In this document: piece after piece, positions 54,588 to 63,200 of the stretch
Numbering within the stretch: the first letter of the stretch is position 1
How the letters are laid out: every line of letters begins with the position of its first letter
From: a virus
Direction: 5' to 3' (one strand)
DNA: 64,000 nt
IMG/VR virus record: IMGVR_UViG_3300043411_001314
Location: 1-64,000 of that record
Position numbers and translations under genes: made by a program
The notes under the pieces: model-generated
Told to the model about the DNA's origin: nothing
Seen by the model: only the letters and a program-made list of their open reading frames with translations
The model's database searches: none

Positions 54588-55079
54588 GTGGAGATTGAGC
54601 TCCTCGTACCCAATCTGAAGAACTCCCTGAACGCCCCAGGCGAGGCGCTCTTCCAGGCGTCCGACAGTGAGTGGGTCGGGGCTCTGTCCAACGCGTTCTG
54701 GTGGGGCCGCATGAAGGGCTTCTTCACCGACTGGCGCACCGACACCGACGGCGAGAACATCGTCCCGGTGGTCGACGGCGGTGAAGAGATCCCGATGGAG
54801 CTCGCCCAGATCGTGGTGGCCATCGCCTCCCTCAACGCGCTCGAGGCCAAGCTCCTGTCCATGGAGACCAAGACCGTGGCCAAGGCCGGCCCCGTCGAGT
54901 ACGAGACCGGTCGGTCGGCCCAGGTGCTCACCGAGCTCCTCAAGCAGAAGCGCCGCGAGTTCGACGAGCTCAAGGCCGAGCTCGTCGGCTCCCGCTTCGC
55001 CATCTACGGCGGCATCATCGACATGGTGCTGAGCCGTGAAGGTGCCTACATGTCCGGCTACGCCTCCTTCGTGAACTGA
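54588..55079 (+). CDS. head-tail adaptor (putative)
   Basis: AKAGPVEYE beta hairpin, synteny. Confidence 0.6.
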   Translation: MEIELLVPNLKNSLNAPGEALFQASDSEWVGALSNAFWWGRMKGFFTDWRTDTDGENIVPVVDGGEEIPMELAQIVVAIASLNALEAKLLSMETKTVAKAGPVEYETGRSAQVLTELLKQKRREFDELKAELVGSRFAIYGGIIDMVLSREGAYMSGYASFVN

Positions 55080-55540
55080 TGGCCGGCGCCGACCCGAGGG
55101 GGTCCTTCAGCGGCGACGTGTTCAGGACGGCGATCCGTGCCGCCATGTCCATGGGGTCCCCGACGGTCGTCGAGGACCGAGCCACCTTCCACTTCGCCGA
55201 CGGCCGCACCTTCACCGTCGCCGATGACGCCGGCGACCCCTACGACTGGACTCTGGCCCCGGACGGCGGCCTGGCCGCCCGCGCCTCAGTGCAGGTGCTG
55301 TGCGCCATCGACACCAAGTCGGCCGTAGGTGCTCGAGGTCAGCCCCGTACGCCGGTCGGCGAGTTCGACGAGGACACAGCCACCCTCTACCTGTTCGAGG
55401 ACGAGTGGGCCCTAGTCTCCGACTTCACGTCAGTGGACCTGGGCGGCTCGACCTACGTCCGCATCAAGCGGCTCATCCCGCTTGGGCTCTTCGATGTTCA
55501 GGTGGAGCAGGTGCACGTCCGGGCGGTGGACGAGTCGTGA
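55079..55540 (+). CDS. head-tail stopper (putative)
   Basis: DDAGDPY, beta-rich, synteny. Confidence 0.55.
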   Translation: MAGADPRGSFSGDVFRTAIRAAMSMGSPTVVEDRATFHFADGRTFTVADDAGDPYDWTLAPDGGLAARASVQVLCAIDTKSAVGARGQPRTPVGEFDEDTATLYLFEDEWALVSDFTSVDLGGSTYVRIKRLIPLGLFDVQVEQVHVRAVDES

Positions 55541-56055
55541 GCACCTTCGAAGGTGGCCTCCTCGACCGGGTGGTGTTCGACTCGTTCGTGCACATGATCC
55601 GTGACTCCCTCAACCAGCTCGGCTGGTTCGACGTCGTGGACTCGGGGCGGACGCCCATCACCCTGATCACCACACCCGTGTCGCTCCATGACGAGATCCA
55701 GCCGAACACCATCGCCATCCAGTTCGAGGACCAGTTCGACGAGCCGGCCGAGATCGGCTCCAACCTGACGTTCGACAACACCATGGCCTGGGTGGAGATC
55801 TACCCGGAGTCCATGGCCATCGGGCGCCACATCGCCGGCGACGTGCGGGACATCCTGCGAGGCAAGATGCCGTCGATCGACCGGACGGACCCGAGCTTCG
55901 AGGTCCTCGACTTCCCTAGCGGCGTCGATCCGCCGGCAGTGCTCTTCCTGGCCGACATCTCCAAGGTGGAGGTCCATCGCGACCGGGAGCCCACCACCAC
56001 GGCAGGCCGGTTCTGGTTCGCTGTATCAGCGATTCTTGAGGAGGAGAGACCATGA
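55537..56055 (+). CDS. tail terminator (putative)
   Basis: P.TIAI...EIGS...WVEIY..S..GR.IAGDVRDIL, synteny. Confidence 0.6.
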   Translation: MSTFEGGLLDRVVFDSFVHMIRDSLNQLGWFDVVDSGRTPITLITTPVSLHDEIQPNTIAIQFEDQFDEPAEIGSNLTFDNTMAWVEIYPESMAIGRHIAGDVRDILRGKMPSIDRTDPSFEVLDFPSGVDPPAVLFLADISKVEVHRDREPTTTAGRFWFAVSAILEEERP

Positions 56056-56309
56056 CGGCGTTGGAGGATGTGACCGAGCTGGTTCGCCGACACCAGAAGC
56101 GGTGCGCCCGCACCATCCTGGAGGCCAAGGACGCCGGCGCCACCGACGACGTCCTGCGCAAGGTGGTGCTCGACGCCATCGGCGACTTCGCCGACCTCGT
56201 GGTGTCCGTGTTGCCATCAGTCACCCGCGAGGACATCATGCTGAACGGGTACGCACTGGAACTGCTCGAGCAGATCCACACCTCAGTGGGCGCGGCAGCG
56301 GAGTCCTGA
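56052..56309 (+). CDS. hypothetical protein
   Basis: GAGGAG RBS, coupled. Confidence 0.6.
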   Translation: MTALEDVTELVRRHQKRCARTILEAKDAGATDDVLRKVVLDAIGDFADLVVSVLPSVTREDIMLNGYALELLEQIHTSVGAAAES

Positions 56310-57250
56310 TGGCGAAGAAGGTGGCCCTCTCCAAGGGTCAGTTTCACGATCTCGTCCCCTTCGCGTCCGCCGCCCTCAACGACATAGCGGTACAGGGGTC
56401 CGGGTTCGCCGGATCACTCATCGCCACAGCGGTAGCGGAGACGGTCGACCAGTCGACCAGGGCGGTGGCCAAGCAGCTGGCCGAGGTGGCTCGCGTCATC
56501 AGTGAGGGCCTGGAGCCGGAGGAGTTCCGTAAGGCCCACCAACGGATCGGCGAGGCCGCCCAGAGGTCCGTGGTCGCCTCCTACAACGCCTCGAGGAACG
56601 GCCAGACGCGAGGCGCTTCCGGCTACCGCTCCGATGAGCGCTACTCCGGTGGCAAGCTGCTCGGCGCCTTGAACAGCCCGGACTTCTTCCGCGCCACAGC
56701 GGCGGGCCTGGAGTTCATCAACGTCGGCATGCTCAACGACCAGGCCGCCCAGTGGGCGCGCCTCAACTTCGGCGCCCAGCCCCGGGGCCGCGGTTCACGA
56801 CGTCAGTTCAGCGTGCAGGTCGGCCAGATGATCCTGGCGACCATCGGGTTCAACGAACCAGCGCGGCCCGGGTTCCTGCTGCCGAAGGGCTACTTCTGGA
56901 AGGACGGTCAGCCCGTCCGCCCAGGCCCCCCCACACCTGGGACGGAGTTCTACCTCGCCGGTACTGGTCCCCGGAAGGGGAAGGACCGGGTTCGGGGTGC
57001 CGCCGACGGCGAACGTGGCAGCTTCAACGCCATGGTCGGCCCGAAGCGTTCCCTCGGCATCGAGGCCCGGAACTTCCTGGATGCCGGCCTCTATACCATC
57101 GCTCATGAGATCGGCCCTGCCTACATCAAGATCGTCAACGACATGTACCGTCGCGGCGAGTCGACTGTTCGTCCGGCGCCCATCACCTTCAAGGTGCACA
57201 CGAATGCGACGTTCCGACGTTCGTCGACTTCAGGCTTGAAGTGGGACTGA
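56309..57250 (+). CDS. neck/tail completion protein (HK97 gp10-like, putative)
   Basis: WARLNFG...GIEARNFLDAG. Confidence 0.55.
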   Translation: MAKKVALSKGQFHDLVPFASAALNDIAVQGSGFAGSLIATAVAETVDQSTRAVAKQLAEVARVISEGLEPEEFRKAHQRIGEAAQRSVVASYNASRNGQTRGASGYRSDERYSGGKLLGALNSPDFFRATAAGLEFINVGMLNDQAAQWARLNFGAQPRGRGSRRQFSVQVGQMILATIGFNEPARPGFLLPKGYFWKDGQPVRPGPPTPGTEFYLAGTGPRKGKDRVRGAADGERGSFNAMVGPKRSLGIEARNFLDAGLYTIAHEIGPAYIKIVNDMYRRGESTVRPAPITFKVHTNATFRRSSTSGLKWD

Positions 57251-57253
57251 TCC

Positions 57254-57282
57254 TTGACTCACCACTGGGTGGTCTGTAGGAT
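57254..57282 (+). promoter_or_regulatory. sigmaA-type promoter for the tRNA pair
   Basis: TTGACT-N17-TAGGAT. Confidence 0.75.
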
Positions 57283-57370
57283 TTCAACCGTGCGCACCAC
57301 CCTGCTCCCACCCGTCCCGCGATGGCGGGGCTGACGGCCTGATTGGTCGGTCACACCCCGCGCGAGTCTC

Positions 57371-57444
57371 CGGGGTGTGGTGTAGTGGTAGCACGGGTAG
57401 TTTGGGACTATCTGGTGGGGGTTCGATTCCCTCCACCCCGACCA
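57371..57444 (+). tRNA. tRNA-Pro(TGG)
   Basis: CGGGGTG/CACCCCG acceptor, GGTAG-TTTGGGA-CTATC anticodon arm, TTCGATT T-loop, A73, encoded CCA. Confidence 0.92.
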
Positions 57445-57463
57445 GCAGGCTTCATCCATTCCT

Positions 57464-57537
57464 ACGGGTGTAGCTCAGTGGTAGAGCAGCGGCTTCCAAT
57501 CCCGCCGGCGAGGGTTCGACTCCTTCCACCCGTGCCA
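57464..57537 (+). tRNA. tRNA-Trp(CCA) with C31-C39 mismatch (alternative register Gly-TCC)
   Basis: A1-T72, G73 discriminator, GCGGC-TTCCAAT-CCCGC arm, TTCGACT T-loop, encoded CCA. Confidence 0.8.
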
Positions 57538-57546
57538 CGCAGGCGC

Positions 57547-57575
57547 TGAATGAACCCCCCTCCAGGGGCCGATGA
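57547..57575 (+). promoter_or_regulatory. sigma28/WhiG-type late promoter
   Basis: TGAA-N17-GCCGATGA upstream of the tail tube gene. Confidence 0.75.
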
Positions 57576-57616
57576 ACGTTCGTAACCAAGTTCGTTCACC
57601 AACCCTGGAGTGATCT

Positions 57617-59014
57617 GTGAGCGTCAAAGCAGGCAAGGTTCTTACTGTCGGCAACGGCTTCCTCGTGGATCGCCTCCAGTCGACCGGTGGGTCCGGCGTC
57701 AACTTCCCCGAGGAGAGAATCCTCGAAACCGGCAACGAGCTGGCGGTCGACACCGTCTCGGACACCCCGCAGGTGTCGATCGAGCTCGAGTCGCTGGACA
57801 CCACGGTCGAGACCGAGGCGATCCTGATCAACGTCGACGAGACCACGCTGTCCGACGGCGACATCATCGACCTCCGTGACGCCAAGCCGCTGGACATCGT
57901 GTCCCCGGTGAAGGGCGCCGGTACGTCGAAGGACACCGTGGCCGGCGTGATCTGGGGTCAGTGCCAGCTGGAGTCCGCCACCTGGCGGTACGGTGTTCGC
58001 CAGAACGCCACCCAGTCGTTCTCGCTGACCTCCGACTCCCAGTACATCGGCGTCTACACGCCGTACCGTCAGGAGTGGGCTGCGGCCGGCACCGGCCCGT
58101 ACGCCTTCACCAACACCGCCATCAAGACGGTGGAGAAGGGCTCGGACCTGTACGCCCTGGCCGTGTGCATCCATGAGTCGGACGGCACCTACACCCCGCT
58201 GTTCCATGGTGCGGACTACACCAACACCAACGCCGGGTTCACCCTCGTCTCCGCTGCACCCGGTGGCTCGACCGTGACCGCCTGCTACTTCTCGGCGACG
58301 GACACCACGTTCGCTCAGACCGTGCACCCGACCCCGTCGGTGAAGCCGGCGGCTGTGCGCGGCAAGGACATCGAGTTCTACCTCGGCGTTGGCCCGACCC
58401 GCGTCTTCACTGGGTCCACCACGAACGCTGACGCCACGCTGACGGCTGCTGGCGGTGCGTTCACCTCGGCTGACGTCGGGGCTCTCATCGAAGCGACTGG
58501 CGTCACCGCCGGCACCACCATCGCGTCGGTGACCAACTCGACCACCGTGGAGCTCTCAGCCAACGCCACCGCCACCGGCAGCGTCGATGTCACCCTTCGG
58601 CCACCGCTGGTGTGGTGGAGAGGCGTCCAGTCGGTGGACGTCTCCTGGCGTGTCCAGATGGAGCGTGAAGAGGAGCTCGGCAACCCACACAACGTGGCGT
58701 CGGACTACGACGTGCCTGAGGTCGGTGGCTCGATCACCATGCGCCCGTCCACCATCGACTACCTGGTGGAGAAGGCAGCGCAGATCGCCGGCGTGCCCAC
58801 CACGCAGATCTCGAACCTCCTCCAGTCTGCGCTCCTCGAGCTGCAGATCCGGATCAACCACCCGTCGACGGGCTCTCGCCTGAAGACCTTCCGCTGCCGT
58901 GACGCCCGTGTGCGTCCGCCGGCGTTCGGTGCCCGGGTGAACCAGAAGGTGGAGCCGCAGTTCCAGTGGACCTCGGCTTCCGGCGACCTGGAGATCATCA
59001 AGGGCGCCCCGTAA
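57617..59014 (+). CDS. major tail (tube) protein with inserted beta module
   Basis: two tube-like repeats (ILETGN, EEELGN), upstream of chaperone and tape measure. Confidence 0.8.
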   Translation: MSVKAGKVLTVGNGFLVDRLQSTGGSGVNFPEERILETGNELAVDTVSDTPQVSIELESLDTTVETEAILINVDETTLSDGDIIDLRDAKPLDIVSPVKGAGTSKDTVAGVIWGQCQLESATWRYGVRQNATQSFSLTSDSQYIGVYTPYRQEWAAAGTGPYAFTNTAIKTVEKGSDLYALAVCIHESDGTYTPLFHGADYTNTNAGFTLVSAAPGGSTVTACYFSATDTTFAQTVHPTPSVKPAAVRGKDIEFYLGVGPTRVFTGSTTNADATLTAAGGAFTSADVGALIEATGVTAGTTIASVTNSTTVELSANATATGSVDVTLRPPLVWWRGVQSVDVSWRVQMEREEELGNPHNVASDYDVPEVGGSITMRPSTIDYLVEKAAQIAGVPTTQISNLLQSALLELQIRINHPSTGSRLKTFRCRDARVRPPAFGARVNQKVEPQFQWTSASGDLEIIKGAP

Positions 59015-59020
59015 TCGAGG

Positions 59021-59061
59021 CGGGGGCGATGCCGTAGGCAGGGGACACGGCATCGCCCCCG
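59021..59061 (+). terminator. GC-rich hairpin after the tail tube gene
   Basis: CGGGGGCGATGCCGT...ACGGCATCGCCCCCG, no U-tract. Confidence 0.55.
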
Positions 59062-59107
59062 ACGGTGGCCAGCATTTCGAAGGAACAACGGAAGGACAAG
59101 GATCAAC

Positions 59108-59971
59108 ATGCGCCTCAGCGACATGTACAAGACCAGTGAGGAAGTCACGTTCATGCAGGGGTCCGACGCCGAAGAGACGGTGGCGGTCGTCAAGCTGAAC
59201 GAGCCGGAGCAGGCCACCTTGGCCCGCAAAGCCGGTGCCGCCCGAGCCCGGGCCATCGCCGAGCTCCGAGACCCGGAGTCGGATCTCTCACTGGAGCTTC
59301 GGATGGTCCTCGTCGGCATGACCGAGGACGAGTTGATCTCCCAGATCATCGACGAGGATCTCGAGCAGAAGCTCCTGTCGGTCCACGAGGAGCTCGCCGC
59401 ATCGGATGAGTGGTCGACTGACGACTACCTCCACGGCCTCGAGGAGGCGTGGAACGGCTCGGCCGACGAGCCTGGCCTCAAGGTCACCGGCGCCGACACC
59501 GAAGAGGGCCAGCGGGTCCTCAACGAGTTGTCCCGCTTCCACACCAAGGTAGGGGAGCTCATCGCTGCTGAGCGGGCGGATCTCCGCGCTGGGTTCGAGG
59601 GGCTCGACATGGAGTTCCTCCTCGACAAGGCGTACGCAGCCTGCGTGAAGCGCAAGGCCGACCAGGTGTTCATGGACGAGTACGTCCGCCGGCGCACCTA
59701 CATGTCGACCCGTGTCGGATCCGCCCCCGAGGATCGCCGCAAGTACTACTTCGACTCGATCGAGGACTACGACGACTGCGATGAGCTGATGATCAAGCAG
59801 CGGTTGATGAAGGCGTACGCCGAGATGGCCGTGGAGGGTGTGGAGGGAAAAGAATCGCCGGGTCACCCCGGTTCCTCGCCCTCGTCCGAAGCTCCCGCCA
59901 CGGAGCCGGTGTCGGCTCGCTCCGCCCGTCCGGCTGCGAAGCGTTCGAAGACGTCCCGAGCGAGTGGGTAA
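59108..59971 (+). CDS. tail assembly chaperone (G-like)
   Basis: between tube and tape measure; slippery G GGA AAA near 3' end. Confidence 0.8.
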   Translation: MRLSDMYKTSEEVTFMQGSDAEETVAVVKLNEPEQATLARKAGAARARAIAELRDPESDLSLELRMVLVGMTEDELISQIIDEDLEQKLLSVHEELAASDEWSTDDYLHGLEEAWNGSADEPGLKVTGADTEEGQRVLNELSRFHTKVGELIAAERADLRAGFEGLDMEFLLDKAYAACVKRKADQVFMDEYVRRRTYMSTRVGSAPEDRRKYYFDSIEDYDDCDELMIKQRLMKAYAEMAVEGVEGKESPGHPGSSPSSEAPATEPVSARSARPAAKRSKTSRASG

Positions 59972-60195
59972 TGGCCGTCGCCCACGCTGACCACATCCTG
60001 GAGCTCCAGGCGAACCTCGACGGCAAAGAGATGCCGCCGGAGTGGATGTGGACTCTGCCGTGGGAGATGGAGCGCCACATGAAGAAGGTGGTTGCCGCCC
60101 GCAAGGAGAAGTACGGGAAGGACGACGACGACGAGGACATGGAGGGGGAAGGCTGGACCCGCAATGAGATGATCCCTGACGCGTGGCGCGACTGA
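59845..60195 (+). CDS. tail assembly chaperone -1 frameshift extension (GT-like)
   Basis: -1 frame from GGGAAAA (59845-59851) is open into ORF 59971..60195 (PPEWMW). Confidence 0.8.
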   Translation, partial: GKRIAGSPRFLALVRSSRHGAGVGSLRPSGCEAFEDVPSEWVMAVAHADHILELQANLDGKEMPPEWMWTLPWEMERHMKKVVAARKEKYGKDDDDEDMEGEGWTRNEMIPDAWRD

Positions 60196-60207
60196 GAGGT
60201 GTGAGCA

Positions 60208-63200
60208 GTGGAGACTTACAAGCTGAACTTCAAGGTCGGGATCGACAAGACCGACGTCACCGCGTTCATCAGGGACATGAATCGTGCCGCCGCCGAGGCG
60301 TCATCTTCCATCGCCAAGGCTGCTTCCGGCGCCCAGGCGAAGGTGGGCGCCGGAGCTCCTGGCGCTGTAGCCACCCGGGGTATTGCCGACATCGAAGGTC
60401 AGCTGCGCGGCAGGGTTGGCTTGGCCGAGCGGTCCGGCCTGTTCTCCACCGGCCAAATACGGGACCTTCAGGGTGCCGTCAACGAGATCGTCCGACTTGC
60501 CAGGTCGGGGGTCCGCAAGGACGTCACCGCCGCTGGGCGCAACCTCACGTCCGACCTCGGTGCGTCGGGCGGTAAGGCGTACCGGTCGCGTGTCGGCGGC
60601 GTCGAGCAGTCGGTCTACCGTCGCGCCGAGGCCGAGGCCCAGGCCGCCGAGGCCGCCACTCAGGCCGCCGCCGAAGAGGGGCGACTGAACGCTTGGCGTA
60701 AGAACGCCCGGGCCCGCCTTCAGGGGTCCATCTCCACCGAGAACGCCGCCCGCGCCGAGTCGGCCAAGGCCGCCGAGCTCGAGGCCGCTGCCCGACTGAA
60801 GGAGGCCAATGAGGCGGAGAAGCAGGCCGCAGCGGCCAAGGCCAGGGCTGACAAGGCCCGCCCCATCTACGGCCCCCCGAAGCCGCCGAAAAGCGGGGTC
60901 GCCCCAGGTGTCGCCGCGGCCGAACGGCAGGCCAAGGAGCTCGCCGCTGCCCAGGCCAAGCTCGACAGGGAGCAGGCCAGGGCCCAGGCCAAGGCCGCCG
61001 CCGCCGCCTCTGAGCCGGAAGATGCCGTCCTGAAGAGGTTTGGTCTCCTCCCAGAGGGGGGGCTGGACTATTACTCCAAGGTGATGGGTGGCCCTGGCCC
61101 TGGCCTTGGTTGGGCTCGCCTCAACGCCGGACCCACGTCGGCGCTCGATCGCTACCGCGACCTGAACACCGGCATCGGCCGTAACGAGTTCGCGAACAAC
61201 ACCGTCCTCGATGGGGATGACAAGACCCTCGCCGAGATGTCGGCCGAGGCCCGCGCCAACCTGACCTCGCTTGAGCGGATGCGTCAGGCCACCGAGGAGC
61301 TGGCCAAGGCCGAGCAGTACCTGGCAGACCTCATGGGCCTGTCAAGCCGCGACATGTCCGGCAAGCTCCGCGCCGCCGCCGGGCCCGGTCGTCTGGCCGA
61401 ACTCCTGGAGCTCCGTGCGAAAAGGGAGGGGACCGCCGGGCTTCAAGACCTTGAGGGGTTTGAGGCCGCCGCCGACCAACGCCGGGCCAACGAGGTCAAG
61501 GAAGCCAAGAACAGGTACATCACCGACGACGACCTCGACGCCGCCGTCGGCGTGAAGGTGGAATCGGAGAGGCACACCAACGTCATCCGCGGCCGTGCCG
61601 CCGACGAGAAGCGCAGCAACCAGCGGCTGATCGAGGCCGACGCGGAACGAATCGTCGCGACCAACTTGGCATCCTCGGCTTCGAAGCGCATGGCTGCCGA
61701 CATGATGCGTGCGGCGGGGGTGGGACGCGAACGTGAGGCGACGCCGACGCAGCGTTTCCAGGCGTGGATCGCCAACCGCGGGGGCGGCGACAACCTGCCC
61801 CGCCCAGCCACCGACTTCATGCAGGGCAAGCAGCTGGCTGCTTCCCGCATCATGACCACCGCCTCCTTCGCCGCCTCTGGTGGCCTGCTGTACGGCGCCA
61901 TGAGCCTCGGGTCCGACATCATGCGGGAGTCGACCGAGCTCCAGGTCGAGCTCGGGATCATCGAGTCCCAGATCAACTCCCTGGACGCCACCGCCAACAA
62001 GGTGTCGCTCGAGAAGCTCCGCGACGAGCTCCACAAGACGTCCGTGGCGTCGGGTGTGGAGATGAACGAGGTTGCCAACGTCACCCGCCAGCTCGCCGGG
62101 GCATTCGCCGACCCGGAGACCGGGAACGCCAACTTCGCCCTCGCCCAGAAGGAGGCGGACGTCGCCCTGCGGTACTCGAAGATCTCTGGGATCCCCCAGC
62201 AGGAGATCACCGACTCCATGTCGGCCATCTCCCTGGCCTTCCGGGATGTCGACACCGACGTACCGCTTGGGTTCGAGCGGATTCTCGACACGGTCCTGGC
62301 GCTGGAGAACCGCTTCGGCGTTCTCAGCCCGGAGATCGTCAAGTTCACCGCCGATCTTGCCCCCCTCGGCAAGGAGCTCGGCTTCACCCAGGAGCAGCTG
62401 TCCGGCCTCGGCGCCGTCGCCCAGTCGCGGTCCGGGCGCTCCGGCACGGTGCTGTCCGAGCAGCTCGGCCGGATCCTGCCGTCCCTCCAGGACCAACAGA
62501 AGAAGCTGTATGAGCTGTTCAGCTTGAACGCAAACACCGAGGGTGCCGTTGGCGATCTGATGAAGGGGTTCTCGGAGGGTGACACCCCCGAGGTCCTGCG
62601 GACCCTGGTGAAGAACTACGACAAGTTGACGAAGGAGCAGCAGAACGAGATGGCGTCTCTCGTCGGCTCCCGCCGCGAGGCCGCCACCTTCTACGCCCTG
62701 TTGGATTCGCCGAAGCTGACCGAGGATGTCCTCAACGGGGACTTCGTCGCCGGCGGTGAGTTCGAGAATCGCTGGGACAGCTACGAGCAGACCGTCACCC
62801 TGTCAACCCAGCGGATGCGTCGGGCGGTAGAGGAGTTCGGCCAGAAGCTGTTCGACGCTGGCATCGACGACCTGTTGATCAAGGGTGCTCAGTTCGGCAC
62901 CGTCATAGCCGCCGCCCTGTCTGGCGCTGTCAGCTGGATGACCAAGCTGAACGACCTGATGGGTGGTCACCTGACCACGGTACTGCTCGCCGTGGGGGCG
63001 TGGAGAACCTTCGGGCCCTACGTCGCCAAGGCGGTGGCGGCGATGAAGGGATCAGCGGCCTTCGGCGGCCTCATGGGGCGGAGCGGAGCGGTTCCCGGGG
63101 CGGCCGGCCCCATGGTCGGAGCGGGGCCGTTCGGTGGCATGCTGTACGCCGCCCCCCCCGTCCAGGGCCCCCCCGCCCCGGGCACTCCTGGCGCCCCCCG

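Noticed and set aside
57290-57370. Third tRNA upstream of tRNA-Pro
   Set aside because: Forms a hairpin (GCGGGG..CCCCGC) but has no T-loop, cloverleaf or CCA; treated as leader
57464-57537. tRNA-Gly(TCC) assignment
   Set aside because: That register breaks the anticodon stem, and A1-U72/G73 fit Trp rather than Gly (G1-C72, U73)
61342-62585. Two ~380-aa minus-strand ORFs
   Set aside because: Shadows of the tape measure gene, which is missing from the ORF track only because it has no stop in the window
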